Shown here piece by piece: positions 42,641-52,535 of a stretch of DNA of 64,000 bases. How positions within the stretch are numbered: the stretch's first letter is position 1; each line of letters begins with the position of its first letter. The translations under genes and the position numbers were made by a program. Where the stretch lies: the sequence record SRR31156797_707. One strand, 5' to 3'. The notes below the pieces were generated by a model, which ran no database searches, was not told the DNA's origin, and saw nothing but the letters and a program-made list of their open reading frames with translations.

Positions 42641-43375
42641 ATGAAAGCAATAATACTGACTTTATGTCTAGCCCTCGCAAGCTCAGCCTGTGCAGAGAGA
42701 TTAATGATATTCGCAGCGGCATCAACAACTAATGCCGTTAATGAAATAATAACTGAATTCAAAAAAGATACCGGAGTAAAGGTATCAGCGTCATACGCAT
42801 CGTCAGGCACACTAGCGAAGCAGATAGAAAAAAATGCACCTGCCAACATATTCCTCTCTGCCAACCCTAAATGGCTTAAATGGCTGGATGATAAAGGTAA
42901 ACTAGAAGATGGAACCAGCATTGACCTCCTTAAAAACAGACTGGCTATCATCTCAGCTAAAGATGTTAGGATCAAAGATATACCTACAAAAGAACTTCTC
43001 ACAAATGCACACCGTATAGCTGTGGCAGATCCGGCACACTCTCCTGCTGGTATGTATGCTAAATCAGCGATAGAGGCGCTCGGCATCTGGGATGTAGTAA
43101 GTAAAAAGCTGGCAAGAATGCAGACAGTCAGGGTAGCCCTAGCCATGGTAGAGCGAAGTGCCACCCCTATTGGCATTGTATATTCCAGTGACGCATCGTC
43201 ATCAAAAAATGTAAAAACTGTCAGACTTATAGACGAATCACTACACAAGCCAATCAAATACCCAATGGCTGTTATCAAAGGTAAAGCTACTGTCGAAGCG
43301 AAAGATTTCTATAACTATCTACAAGGCGATAAAGCATCAGCGATATTCAGAAAATACGGATTTCAGGTAAAATAA
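42641..43375 (+). CDS. modA: Molybdate ABC transporter binding protein
   Basis: FAAAS, ASSGTLAKQI, PAGMYA, IVYSSDA. Confidence 0.93.
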   Translation: MKAIILTLCLALASSACAERLMIFAAASTTNAVNEIITEFKKDTGVKVSASYASSGTLAKQIEKNAPANIFLSANPKWLKWLDDKGKLEDGTSIDLLKNRLAIISAKDVRIKDIPTKELLTNAHRIAVADPAHSPAGMYAKSAIEALGIWDVVSKKLARMQTVRVALAMVERSATPIGIVYSSDASSSKNVKTVRLIDESLHKPIKYPMAVIKGKATVEAKDFYNYLQGDKASAIFRKYGFQVK

Positions 43376-44071
43376 ATGCTCACACCTTACGAGTATGAAG
43401 CACTATTTCTAAGCCTCAAAATATCTCTATGGGCTGTTGCATCTGGACTCATACCGGGTGTGGCAGTGGCATATCTTCTCGCTCGTAAAAACTTCCCGGG
43501 AAAGCTCCTTCTGGACGGATTGATACACGTACCACTGGTCATCCCACCTGTTGTTACTGGTTATGTTCTTTTAATACTCTTTAACGACAATGGTATAGGC
43601 GGTAAATTCTTAAACGATCTGCTAGGGATAAGTATCTCTTTCTCATGGAAAGGTGCTGTTTTAGCATCAGTTGTAATGTCATTTCCACTTCTGGTTAGGA
43701 GCGTAAGGCTCTCTATAGAAGCTGTAGACAGAGGTCTGGAGGAAGCGTCAAGAACACTCGGTGCTGGTCGATTTAAAGTATTTTTCACCATAACCCTCCC
43801 CCTCGCTATACCCGGCGTTATAACAGGAACCGTTTTAGCTTTTGCAAGATGCCTCGGCGAGTTCGGTGCGACGATAACCTTTGTATCAAACATCCCCGGT
43901 GAAACGAACACCTTGCCTATAGCACTCTACACTCTTACTCAAACACCAGACACAGAAAGCGCCGCTATGCGCCTATGCCTCATCTCTATTGCTCTGGCAC
44001 TCTTTGCCATAGCAGGGTCAGAATATCTCAGCAGAAAGGCAAATACACGCCTTAGAGGTGAACATGCTTGA
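43376..44071 (+). CDS. modB: Molybdate ABC transporter permease
   Basis: PLVIPPVVTG, FARCLGEFGAT, NIPGET. Confidence 0.94.
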   Translation: MLTPYEYEALFLSLKISLWAVASGLIPGVAVAYLLARKNFPGKLLLDGLIHVPLVIPPVVTGYVLLILFNDNGIGGKFLNDLLGISISFSWKGAVLASVVMSFPLLVRSVRLSIEAVDRGLEEASRTLGAGRFKVFFTITLPLAIPGVITGTVLAFARCLGEFGATITFVSNIPGETNTLPIALYTLTQTPDTESAAMRLCLISIALALFAIAGSEYLSRKANTRLRGEHA

Positions 44072-45146
44072 GTTCAGAGCGATAAAAGAGCATCAGAATT
44101 TTAAACTTGATGTAAATCTGCGTTTCGATAGCGGTATGATCACTGTTTTATTCGGCAAATCCGGCTCAGGTAAAACTAGCATAATTAACATGGTAGCCGG
44201 CTTGCAGACACCTGATGTCGGCAGGATAGCTGTCGGTGATAACCTTCTGTTTGACAGCTATAAGAATTTAAACACGCCAACCCCGAAGAGGAACGCAGGC
44301 TATATCTTTCAAGACGGCAGGCTGTTCCCGCATATGTCTGTTGAGTCCAACCTTAAATACGGCATAAAGAAAAATGAGTTTTCACCTGACAGATTCAAAA
44401 AAATTACCGAGCTTTTAGGTATCGAAGACCTTCTGGACAGGCGACCGCATAAGCTCTCCGGCGGTGAGAAACAGAGGGTTGCCATAGGGCGGGCTCTACT
44501 GTCATCACCGGATTTCATGCTTATGGACGAACCACTCTCAGCTCTGGACAGCACCAGAAAGAAAGAACTTATTCCGTTCATCGGGCGCATGGTAGAAGAG
44601 TTCAACATGCCTGTTGTTTATGTCACTCACAGTCTTGAAGAGTTACTAGAGCTTGGCGATAATGTAGTGCTTATGCAAAACGGCAGGTGCATAGATTCTG
44701 GTAGTGTCGAGGAGATTGTATCTAAACCTGAAAATATGTCCGCCCTAGGTCTTACCGGACGTGTATCCATACTTAAAGCTGAGGCAATAGGCAGTCACGA
44801 CTCATCGGGCATCATAAAGCTCGAAGGTAAAAAACTGCTCATACCGACATCGAAATATCCAGCAGGAACCAAGCTCCGCATCACCCTCCGCTCGGAAGAT
44901 GTAACAATAAGCATCAGAAAACCTGAAGGACTCAGCGCCAGAAATATCATAAAAGGGCGAGTTGAAAAAATAGTCGAAACAGACGACGGTGCCGTAAGCC
45001 TCAAGATTGATATCGGTGTAAATGTATATGCCACAATAACTAACGAAGCCCTTACCGAGCTGGAAATCATGACTGGATCTGAAGTTTATATCATTCTGAA
45101 GACAGTCGCCCTATCAAGAAGAAGTACAGCTACACTCCGCCAATAA
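44064..45146 (+). CDS. modC: Molybdate ABC transporter ATPase with TOBE domain
   Basis: FGKSGSGKT, FQDGRLFPH, SARN TOBE motif. Confidence 0.93.
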   Translation: MLEFRAIKEHQNFKLDVNLRFDSGMITVLFGKSGSGKTSIINMVAGLQTPDVGRIAVGDNLLFDSYKNLNTPTPKRNAGYIFQDGRLFPHMSVESNLKYGIKKNEFSPDRFKKITELLGIEDLLDRRPHKLSGGEKQRVAIGRALLSSPDFMLMDEPLSALDSTRKKELIPFIGRMVEEFNMPVVYVTHSLEELLELGDNVVLMQNGRCIDSGSVEEIVSKPENMSALGLTGRVSILKAEAIGSHDSSGIIKLEGKKLLIPTSKYPAGTKLRITLRSEDVTISIRKPEGLSARNIIKGRVEKIVETDDGAVSLKIDIGVNVYATITNEALTELEIMTGSEVYIILKTVALSRRSTATLRQ

Positions 45147-45212
45147 ACCATTAATACAATCTGACACAACATTAGCAAACCTGTGGTAATATAAGTTTTA
45201 CGAGGTGAGTTT

Positions 45213-45536
45213 ATGAACGAATACATTTTGGCATTTAAAAGATATTTCGACTTTAAAGGACGCTCGACACGAAGCGAATTCTGGTATTTCACAGCTTTCA
45301 ACCTTCTGCTGGTGCTTGCGATGTTAGGGCTTGATGTTATTCTTTTTGGTAATGCCGGAGTATTTTACACCATCGCAATACTAGCTACCATCATACCGAG
45401 CATAGCCGTATCCATTCGCAGACTGCACGATATAGGTAGAACCGGATGGTGGCTCCTTTTAAATCTCATACCGATACTTAGCTTGGTACTGATATTTTTC
45501 TATGTACAACCAACTAACCCTAACAACAAATATTAA
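45213..45536 (+). CDS. DUF805 family membrane protein
   Basis: FKGRSTRSEFW, RRLHDIGRTGWW. Confidence 0.9.
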   Translation: MNEYILAFKRYFDFKGRSTRSEFWYFTAFNLLLVLAMLGLDVILFGNAGVFYTIAILATIIPSIAVSIRRLHDIGRTGWWLLLNLIPILSLVLIFFYVQPTNPNNKY

Positions 45537-46285
45537 TTTAATAAATTTATAAGCTTTATGAACTCTTTATCGGTTAGCTTTACAGGCGGCATAGTTGACA
45601 GCCTATCTGTTTCACGTGGGTTTTTCAGCCATCTTTTCAAAGTGTCAGTCGTCCACTTTTCACCCTTTTTAAGCTTAATAGGTTGATAGTGTTTACTGAA
45701 CAAACCTGACAGATTCGGAGCAGTATCACCGCCTCCCATAGGACCGTTTAGCAATGTAAGTATCCTATGACATCCACCGCAATATTTATCAAATACGTTA
45801 TCACCAGAAGGCTTTACAAAAACAGTGTAAGGCTCACGCCTGCTTGCATCACTTTCAGATGTAGATAATAAATACCTCACAACGTTGGATAAGTCATTTT
45901 CTCTAAATCTGAAATCAGGCATGAAGTCTGTAGGCTTACTTATGGATTCTGAAAGTTGTTCAGCAGTTTTCTCAGCCGCTTTTGAACTAAGATTAGGTGC
46001 AAGACCGTTGCCACTGTCAGAAACAATGTGACACCTTCTGCATGAGGATGCATCGATAAGTTTTTCGCCTCTTTTAACACCTGCACTATTGGTCAAATAG
46101 TCGGAATACTCAGCACTGATCAAACCGTCATGCGCAATGTTAAGCCTGCTTGATTTATCGTTGCCACGGTGGCAGGTTATGCACTTGCCTGTGTCTTCAT
46201 AGTGAACCGTGTGGCAGGTTAAACACTTCTGCGCATAGGCTGACGAGGCGACAAAAAATATTATAAGTATAAGCCGAATGACCAA
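45533..46285 (-). CDS. Exported tetraheme cytochrome c
   Basis: Signal peptide; CLTCH, CITCH, CRRCH, CGGCH. Confidence 0.88.
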   Translation of the reverse strand: MVIRLILIIFFVASSAYAQKCLTCHTVHYEDTGKCITCHRGNDKSSRLNIAHDGLISAEYSDYLTNSAGVKRGEKLIDASSCRRCHIVSDSGNGLAPNLSSKAAEKTAEQLSESISKPTDFMPDFRFRENDLSNVVRYLLSTSESDASRREPYTVFVKPSGDNVFDKYCGGCHRILTLLNGPMGGGDTAPNLSGLFSKHYQPIKLKKGEKWTTDTLKRWLKNPRETDRLSTMPPVKLTDKEFIKLINLLN

Positions 46286-47271
46286 TCCGCACCTCTAAAA
46301 AACATAGCTATAATAGTAAGAACGACCACAGCTAATGTCAGCAATAATATCAACAACCATATAGGTTTATCATCACCACTAAAGTATTTAAACTGAGCTT
46401 CCCGCTTTGATATTGTCGGCAGGAAAAACATAAGAACATACAATAATACAACAAGGTTGAAATACCACGCACGCCAGCTCACCACTTCCTGAATCCAAAG
46501 GAGAAACCACGCACTTTTGACAGGGTTAGGTGGATTCGCCAGATCAGCAGGTATTGAAAGCGGAGCACCGAATGAAATCGATAACACACATGAAAACATG
46601 AACACTGATATCAATATAATTTTAATTCTTTTGTATAATTCACTTACATCTATTTTTTCTCCAACAGAAAGGAGTCCATCACGCCTTACAGAAAACATAT
46701 GAATAGACATTAGAAGCATCAGAGTAAAAGGAATTACCACTGTATGAAGAGCGAAATATCTGGATAAAGTCAGCCTGTTCCCTACTCCGTCAGGCGCTAA
46801 AATCCCCTCTATAACAGAACCAAAAGAGAGGGCACGAACAAGCTCTAGCCCTGTCTTTGCCGCCCAAAGGCTAAGCTGATCCATAGGAAGAAGATATCCG
46901 GCGTAAGCTTCGAAAACTATCAGCCCAAAAACCACAAGCCCTAGCCTGTAACTATATGTGCGAAACTTATATGAACCACCCAGCAACATGCGGAGCAGGT
47001 GTAAAGCTGAAGTAATCAGAAAAATATGTGAACACATGCGGTGAAATGCACGTATGAATTTTCCTCCAAAAACTTCTTCCTCTAGGTAAAGGACAGAATC
47101 ATATGCAAGATCAGGTGAAGGTGTATAGTAGAAAAGAAGCAGTAAACCACTAATAGTAAGGGATATAAACAAAACTACAAGCACAGCACCTAAGTAGAAT
47201 GTAGGCGAAAAGCTGACAGCAGATGAACTTACTTTTCTTGGGAAGAGGTGTTTAAAAAACTGCTCAAACAT
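46261..47271 (-). CDS. Cytochrome b of a Rieske/cyt b complex with fused subunit-IV-like C-terminus
   Basis: RAFH...ALH and ALH...SIH heme-ligand pairs, GYLLP; PNPVKSAWF at the PEWY position. Confidence 0.88.
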   Translation of the reverse strand: MFEQFFKHLFPRKVSSSAVSFSPTFYLGAVLVVLFISLTISGLLLLFYYTPSPDLAYDSVLYLEEEVFGGKFIRAFHRMCSHIFLITSALHLLRMLLGGSYKFRTYSYRLGLVVFGLIVFEAYAGYLLPMDQLSLWAAKTGLELVRALSFGSVIEGILAPDGVGNRLTLSRYFALHTVVIPFTLMLLMSIHMFSVRRDGLLSVGEKIDVSELYKRIKIILISVFMFSCVLSISFGAPLSIPADLANPPNPVKSAWFLLWIQEVVSWRAWYFNLVVLLYVLMFFLPTISKREAQFKYFSGDDKPIWLLILLLTLAVVVLTIIAMFFRGADWSFGLYL

Positions 47272-47680
47272 TCACTTTCTCCTCATAAACCTCTATGACA
47301 CCGTTGTCTACGCTAACTCTATACCTGTCGAGGGCTCTTTCAGCCGGCCCTGTGACAAGTGCACCATTAAGCTCGAATTTACTTCCGTGACAAGGACATG
47401 TGAAACCGCTATCTTTTATTTTTACGGTACACCCCAGATGCGTGCAGGCAAGTGACAAAGCCACAGGCTCACCAGATTCACGTATGAGTGCAACATTTTC
47501 ATCTGGGAAGATCAACGCCCCACCCTCAGGTATGTCATTGATGTTTCTTCTGATTATCGCACCTGTTTTACCAACTGGAAGTACAAGGTATCTGTATAAC
47601 AAGTATCCGGCAGGAATAGCCGCCAGAAACTTCAGAAAGCCTCTACGTGTTATTTCAGTTTTTCTATTATCTTCTGCCAT
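47264..47680 (-). CDS. Rieske 2Fe-2S protein
   Basis: Tat motif TRRGFLK, CTHLGC and CPCHGS. Confidence 0.94.
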   Translation of the reverse strand: MAEDNRKTEITRRGFLKFLAAIPAGYLLYRYLVLPVGKTGAIIRRNINDIPEGGALIFPDENVALIRESGEPVALSLACTHLGCTVKIKDSGFTCPCHGSKFELNGALVTGPAERALDRYRVSVDNGVIEVYEEKVNV

Positions 47681-48864
47681 CTATCTACCTGTTGTTTCTT
47701 ATATTTATCACTTTTATTCTGTATTGTCTTAATCTCATCACTACTTAAAAAACGTCCGTTGTAAACAGACTGCCCACTAGAGTTCCAAAAGGAATCAAGT
47801 TTTCCCCCTTCTCTTCCAAGATCATAAACATCATCTTGTTTTCTAAGGTTCATCAACCTCTTATCACTTTCGTGGCAAGACTCACAACCTCGAACCTCAC
47901 GCCTTATCGAGTGCGGCGAATAAGCACCCCACTCTTTTGCGACAAGCTCATTCTCAGCCTTAACCTCTCCATCCTCGAACAGTGTATATAGTGTTATAAA
48001 TGGTCTAATCGGGCTAATTTTACCTTTATCATCAACACCTAATATCGGTGCATCATACTCGTGCAATATCGCTGATCTAACATAGCTTTCACCAACAGGA
48101 TCAAGCATTTTCGCATACCCCTTATACTGCTTACGACTACCGTCAAAACGCATGTAATATGTGCCGTATTCTCCGTAACTCCAGCCAGCATGACAAGAAA
48201 CACACTTAACATTTTCGTGGTTATTATGCTCAAGGATACTCTTATCTATTTTATGGCAATCAACACACGACTTTGAAGCACTCACACCTTTCGCAAGGCT
48301 CTCCATACTGTGGCAATCACCGCAAGCCATACCAGCTTCGAAGTGAACATCAGGAAGCATCTTAAGGTAGTGTTTACCATCTATCTTCTTGCCACGTTGA
48401 TACTTTTTAGCCTGTGGTCTAGGCGCATATCCGGTGTAGTCCACACCTGTGGCGTGGTCGTTATGGCATTTCAGGCATGTCTCTGTAACTGGACGCTTTA
48501 TATCATGGCTTCCGTGACAATCCGAGCAGGAGCTCACGTGACAACCGGCACAATTCTTGTCAAAGAATTTCCTGTCATACTGATCAAACGCTCTATGGGC
48601 AAAGGCTCGCTCATCTGCACGAGTGTGCATCTTAGACATGCTCATGCTTTCATACGATTCATGACATTTAACGCAACCTACTGCTCCGGTAGCAAAATCT
48701 CCAGCCTTGGTGTAGTGTTTCTCAGTTTTTATGTGGCAGTCCGTACAGACCGCTCCGTAATGCTCTTTCACTTCCTGCCTATGACAGTCAGCGCACTCCT
48801 CAGCGTAAGAGAGGGCGGTGCACATCATCAGAAAGCACAGCATCATAATCGATTTTTTTACCAT
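47650..48864 (-). CDS. Exported decaheme cytochrome c
   Basis: 10 CxxCH motifs counted; signal-peptide-like N-terminus; start uncertain among ATGs 48864-48828. Confidence 0.88.
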   Translation of the reverse strand: MVKKSIMMLCFLMMCTALSYAEECADCHRQEVKEHYGAVCTDCHIKTEKHYTKAGDFATGAVGCVKCHESYESMSMSKMHTRADERAFAHRAFDQYDRKFFDKNCAGCHVSSCSDCHGSHDIKRPVTETCLKCHNDHATGVDYTGYAPRPQAKKYQRGKKIDGKHYLKMLPDVHFEAGMACGDCHSMESLAKGVSASKSCVDCHKIDKSILEHNNHENVKCVSCHAGWSYGEYGTYYMRFDGSRKQYKGYAKMLDPVGESYVRSAILHEYDAPILGVDDKGKISPIRPFITLYTLFEDGEVKAENELVAKEWGAYSPHSIRREVRGCESCHESDKRLMNLRKQDDVYDLGREGGKLDSFWNSSGQSVYNGRFLSSDEIKTIQNKSDKYKKQQVDRWQKIIEKLK

Positions 48865-50617
48865 AAATCCGTTCTTCACCCTTATCATGACAGGCGATGC
48901 AGAGGTTCGCTCGGAACATCCCCTTAACTTCATCTATGTTTAGCGCCCTGCTACCCTCTCGGACAACGGTGCTCATATCTTCTTTTCTATTGGCTTTTAT
49001 CTCTGACATAGCGTCCAGAGGCTTGTCGCACGTCTCGCACACTACCGCACTGGTAACGCTTAAACTATCTTTAATACCCACGAGCCCCTGCCCTAACCCT
49101 GCAAAATATGGATTAGCGTGGCACTCAGCACAACCCACAGCCTTCTTCGCTGTATTGTGTGAGTAGAACGGTGCAAACTTAAGCTTCTTCTCGCCTTTGT
49201 AGAGTGGAACCCTATTCTTATCAATAGCTTTGCCGTTATACTCAACGTTAATAAATGTCTGGCATCCCGGTGTCACAGGGGATATTTTACCCCGTTCATT
49301 TATCGCAAGCGGAAACGGAAAAAGTGTTCTCAAATCTTCCTTTTCACTAAAAAAACCTCTCGTCTCTTTCCCCTTAAGCGGATCAAACTGCTTTTTGCCC
49401 ATATCAACTGTGGTGTGGCAACCGTAGCACTGAGGTACAGCTTTCGAGTGACAGCTGTAGCACTCAAGCTTGTCGTGACCGTACACTTTATGTTCCGGTG
49501 TATTATCAATCACCTTAGCTACCAATCTTTTGCCATCTTTTTTAGTATATAAGGCTACCTCACCTGCTTCCATGAACACATTAGAATACATACGTCCTTT
49601 CTTGGTGAGAATCATCTTATCGCCAAATGAGGCCTTCTTCACATAGCTTCTCGACTCTCTGAGTGGTGCGTCACTCTCTGAGGTAATCTCTTTATATATA
49701 GGTAACTTACCGCTATCACCGTGACAGTCAGAACATGATATCTCTATCTGCTCATATAAGTTCTCATACACATAACCGTCACCCATAACATCTCTTGAGG
49801 TGTGGCAATCTACGCAATCCATTCCAGCTTTTGAGTGGATATCTGCGTGTATAGCCGTGAGGTTCCTCTTACCGCTTGAAAGCTTTTTAGGTTTACCATA
49901 CTCAGTCGGCACAAGCCCGGTCTCAAGGTCGGCATAGCCATTATATGTCAATGATATACGTCCGCTTCTGTTGTGGCATGTGTAGCACTGGTCGCCGTCG
50001 GGAACTTTCAGCATCTCGTGGCTAGAGGCGTAAGGTTTCTTACCAGCCATAGCCTTGTCATAACCCTTATACTTCAGGTCTTTATCATACTTAAAGTGAC
50101 ATGTGGCGCACCCTGTGGAGTGAGCCGTGTCGTACCCGCCCATCTTGCTGAATGAGACGTGGCAAACACCGCACAGCTTACGGTAGAGATCAGCCGGAAG
50201 CTCTTCCAGATCAACAATATCTGCGAGCCTTAACTCCTTGCCGTCTTTATCAAAAACCGTTGCACCTTTGACAGATGCGAGAACCTTTTCGTGGCTCCCC
50301 CATGCGTAAAAGGTGTTTTTGATCATTCCGGTATTCGTATACATTATGTTTGAGGTCATACGTTTATGCTGAAATTCGTGGCACTTTATGCAGGTTTTAT
50401 CCCACACGGAAGGGTCAGACGGGTTCTTACCACCGAGCATATCTTTGTGAGAAATATCTTTATTATCAGATGTGTTGTCACCGCCATGGCATTCAACACA
50501 GGCGAAATCGTGTGATTCACTAGGAGCTTTGATACCTTCATGGCAGGTGACACAGGTAGATGCGAACAGTAGAAATGGAATAAAAATCAGTGCCAGCACT
50601 GCGTATGTCTTTGTCAT
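48800..50617 (-). CDS. Exported dodecaheme cytochrome c
   Basis: 12 CxxCH motifs counted plus one CETCD; N-terminal signal/anchor. Confidence 0.9.
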   Translation of the reverse strand: MTKTYAVLALIFIPFLLFASTCVTCHEGIKAPSESHDFACVECHGGDNTSDNKDISHKDMLGGKNPSDPSVWDKTCIKCHEFQHKRMTSNIMYTNTGMIKNTFYAWGSHEKVLASVKGATVFDKDGKELRLADIVDLEELPADLYRKLCGVCHVSFSKMGGYDTAHSTGCATCHFKYDKDLKYKGYDKAMAGKKPYASSHEMLKVPDGDQCYTCHNRSGRISLTYNGYADLETGLVPTEYGKPKKLSSGKRNLTAIHADIHSKAGMDCVDCHTSRDVMGDGYVYENLYEQIEISCSDCHGDSGKLPIYKEITSESDAPLRESRSYVKKASFGDKMILTKKGRMYSNVFMEAGEVALYTKKDGKRLVAKVIDNTPEHKVYGHDKLECYSCHSKAVPQCYGCHTTVDMGKKQFDPLKGKETRGFFSEKEDLRTLFPFPLAINERGKISPVTPGCQTFINVEYNGKAIDKNRVPLYKGEKKLKFAPFYSHNTAKKAVGCAECHANPYFAGLGQGLVGIKDSLSVTSAVVCETCDKPLDAMSEIKANRKEDMSTVVREGSRALNIDEVKGMFRANLCIACHDKGEERIYGKKIDYDAVLSDDVHRPLLR

Positions 50618-50637
50618 ACGTGATTATATATTAAATC

Positions 50638-50657
50638 GGGGCGGAATCAACCGCCCC
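50638..50657 (-). other. GC-rich intercistronic stem-loop
   Basis: GGGGCGG-N6-CCGCCCC between TPR gene and dodecaheme gene. Confidence 0.65.
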
Positions 50658-50680
50658 ATAATGTTAAAAGCAAAAATTAC

Positions 50681-51052
50681 TTAACAACCTTCGAAGGAAG
50701 GTGCGCCACCATCATCGCCAAAAAGGTCGTCTTCCTCTTCAGCAGGAGCGTTACTAGGAGCGGACGGCTCTGCTGAAAAATTAAAACCTGACATATCGAC
50801 CTCGCTATCACCAGAGGTGACCCTAACCAGGAGGTCATACTTACCCCATGCAGCGTTGCTCCACGGGTCGTATTTTACGGCTCTTTGGTAGTAATTCTTT
50901 GCAACTTCAAAGTTTTTCTCACTCATCGCCTTGTCACCAAGCGCTATCATCTGCCTGCACTGCTCTTTGCTTATATTAACAGCGTGCGCCGCAGGGACAG
51001 ATATCACAGCCATCATCGCAACAAGTACAATTGATACTATATATTTCTTCAT
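50681..51052 (-). CDS. Small exported TPR-like protein with Pro/acidic tail ending in FEGC
   Basis: Signal peptide (AHA), TPR-like helix pair (AKNYYQRAVKYDP), low-complexity tail, terminal Cys before TAA. Confidence 0.8.
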   Translation of the reverse strand: MKKYIVSIVLVAMMAVISVPAAHAVNISKEQCRQMIALGDKAMSEKNFEVAKNYYQRAVKYDPWSNAAWGKYDLLVRVTSGDSEVDMSGFNFSAEPSAPSNAPAEEEDDLFGDDGGAPSFEGC

Positions 51053-51057
51053 TTTTA

Positions 51058-51945
51058 TTACCTCACGATATATTGAGCAAATTTGTCAGTATAAACACCT
51101 GCATGTATGATCAGGTAACGAAGGAAGTAACCGCCAACAAGCACCATAGCCTCTAGGGTTACAACTGTTTTAACGGAAAGATGCATCTTCCCTGCTTCTT
51201 CCATTCCGAAAAGTATCACCGGAATTATTAGCCCGATCAACATAAGGAAAAACCAGAACATAAAAGAGTATGGACCAGCCAGAAGTGATACCGCAGCATA
51301 TTTCATCTCCGGCACACCCTGAAGAGCTATGAGCATCATCCCGATAAGGAGAAGGATCTCAAGGACTACAAGGTAAAGGTGACTAGTCTCGATTGGCTTT
51401 ATGTCGTCTTTGCTCTTTAGCACTGTGTGCTTAACTATCACCGCACCGGAAATACCTGTGGATGAAGCGGAAATTATGAAAAGTATAGGGAGTGCTGTCT
51501 GGTGCCAGAAAGGTATAGCCTTAAGAACACCGAGGAGAACAGCTGTGTATCCAGCGGTGAGGATACCTGTTATCACAAGTGACCAGCAGAGTGCTTTATG
51601 CATCTTAGCTTTCATATAGCCGAAGTTAACAGCAGCGTATAGAGTCGCCAGCATCACAAATAGAGTAAGGATTCCTGTACCCCATGATATAGCTGATGTC
51701 GGATTTACGAAGAGGAAAATGAGGAGCCAAGGCTTCCACATCCCCTGCCCGAGGTCGATATACAGAAAAAATATACCGAGACTTACCAGAGGCATTCCGA
51801 TTAAACTCGCAGCTTTTATAAAGGAGATATATCTCTCCCTGTCGTACATATCAGCAACCGCAGCCACAACAACCGCACCAGCACCGACACCGGCGAGGAA
51901 AAGGTAAACCGCGATATACCATTCAAAGGCTTCTTGATGTATCAT
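51058..51945 (-). CDS. NrfD/PsrC-type quinol-interacting membrane anchor
   Basis: WYIAVYLFLAG, IDLG, TSAISWG, LRYLIIHAG; about 8 TM. Confidence 0.9.
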   Translation of the reverse strand: MIHQEAFEWYIAVYLFLAGVGAGAVVVAAVADMYDRERYISFIKAASLIGMPLVSLGIFFLYIDLGQGMWKPWLLIFLFVNPTSAISWGTGILTLFVMLATLYAAVNFGYMKAKMHKALCWSLVITGILTAGYTAVLLGVLKAIPFWHQTALPILFIISASSTGISGAVIVKHTVLKSKDDIKPIETSHLYLVVLEILLLIGMMLIALQGVPEMKYAAVSLLAGPYSFMFWFFLMLIGLIIPVILFGMEEAGKMHLSVKTVVTLEAMVLVGGYFLRYLIIHAGVYTDKFAQYIVR

Positions 51946-51954
51946 CTCTTCCCC

Positions 51955-52518
51955 CTACGCTTGTATATAGTAAATATTTGGCTCTGTGCCGAGGTCTTCG
52001 CGAAGTTTCCAGACTTTAAGCCTGTTATTCTTAGCCTCTTTCAGAACCATAGAGATTTCGCTTGATGGGTCGTTTATGTCACCGAAGACACGAACACTAC
52101 CCGGGCATGTTGTAGCACATGCAGGCTCAAGCCCTTCCGCCAGCCTAGGCAGGCAGAATGTACATTTTTCAGCTACACCGACCTCATGATTAAAGAATCT
52201 CGCATCATAAGGACATGACGGGATACAGTATTTACATCCTACACATCTTGAGCGGTTGACGAAAACAATACCGTCATCCCTCTTATGGCTAGCTTTTGTA
52301 GGGCATACTGTCACACAAGGTGCATCGTCACAGTGGTTACACTGGCTAGGGAGAAAATCCATACGAAGCTTACCGTGAAGCTCCTCTTTCATCCCCTGAT
52401 CGATATGTGTGCGAAAGTCGTCAGCAGGAACCTGCCACTCAGCCTTGCATGCTACCATACAGGCTTTGCAGTCCACACATCTGTCTATGATATATGCCAT
52501 TGCATACTTTTTATTCAT
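51955..52518 (-). CDS. Four-cluster 4Fe-4S subunit (PsrB/NrfC-like)
   Basis: CVDCKACMVAC, CNHCDDAPCVTVCP, CVGCKYCIPSCP, KCTFC...CATTCP. Confidence 0.93.
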   Translation of the reverse strand: MNKKYAMAYIIDRCVDCKACMVACKAEWQVPADDFRTHIDQGMKEELHGKLRMDFLPSQCNHCDDAPCVTVCPTKASHKRDDGIVFVNRSRCVGCKYCIPSCPYDARFFNHEVGVAEKCTFCLPRLAEGLEPACATTCPGSVRVFGDINDPSSEISMVLKEAKNNRLKVWKLREDLGTEPNIYYIQA

Positions 52519-52535
52519 TATCTCTTACTCCCCGC

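Noticed and set aside
49026-49040. CETCD in the dodecaheme protein as a 13th heme site
   Set aside because: Lacks the His ligand; not counted
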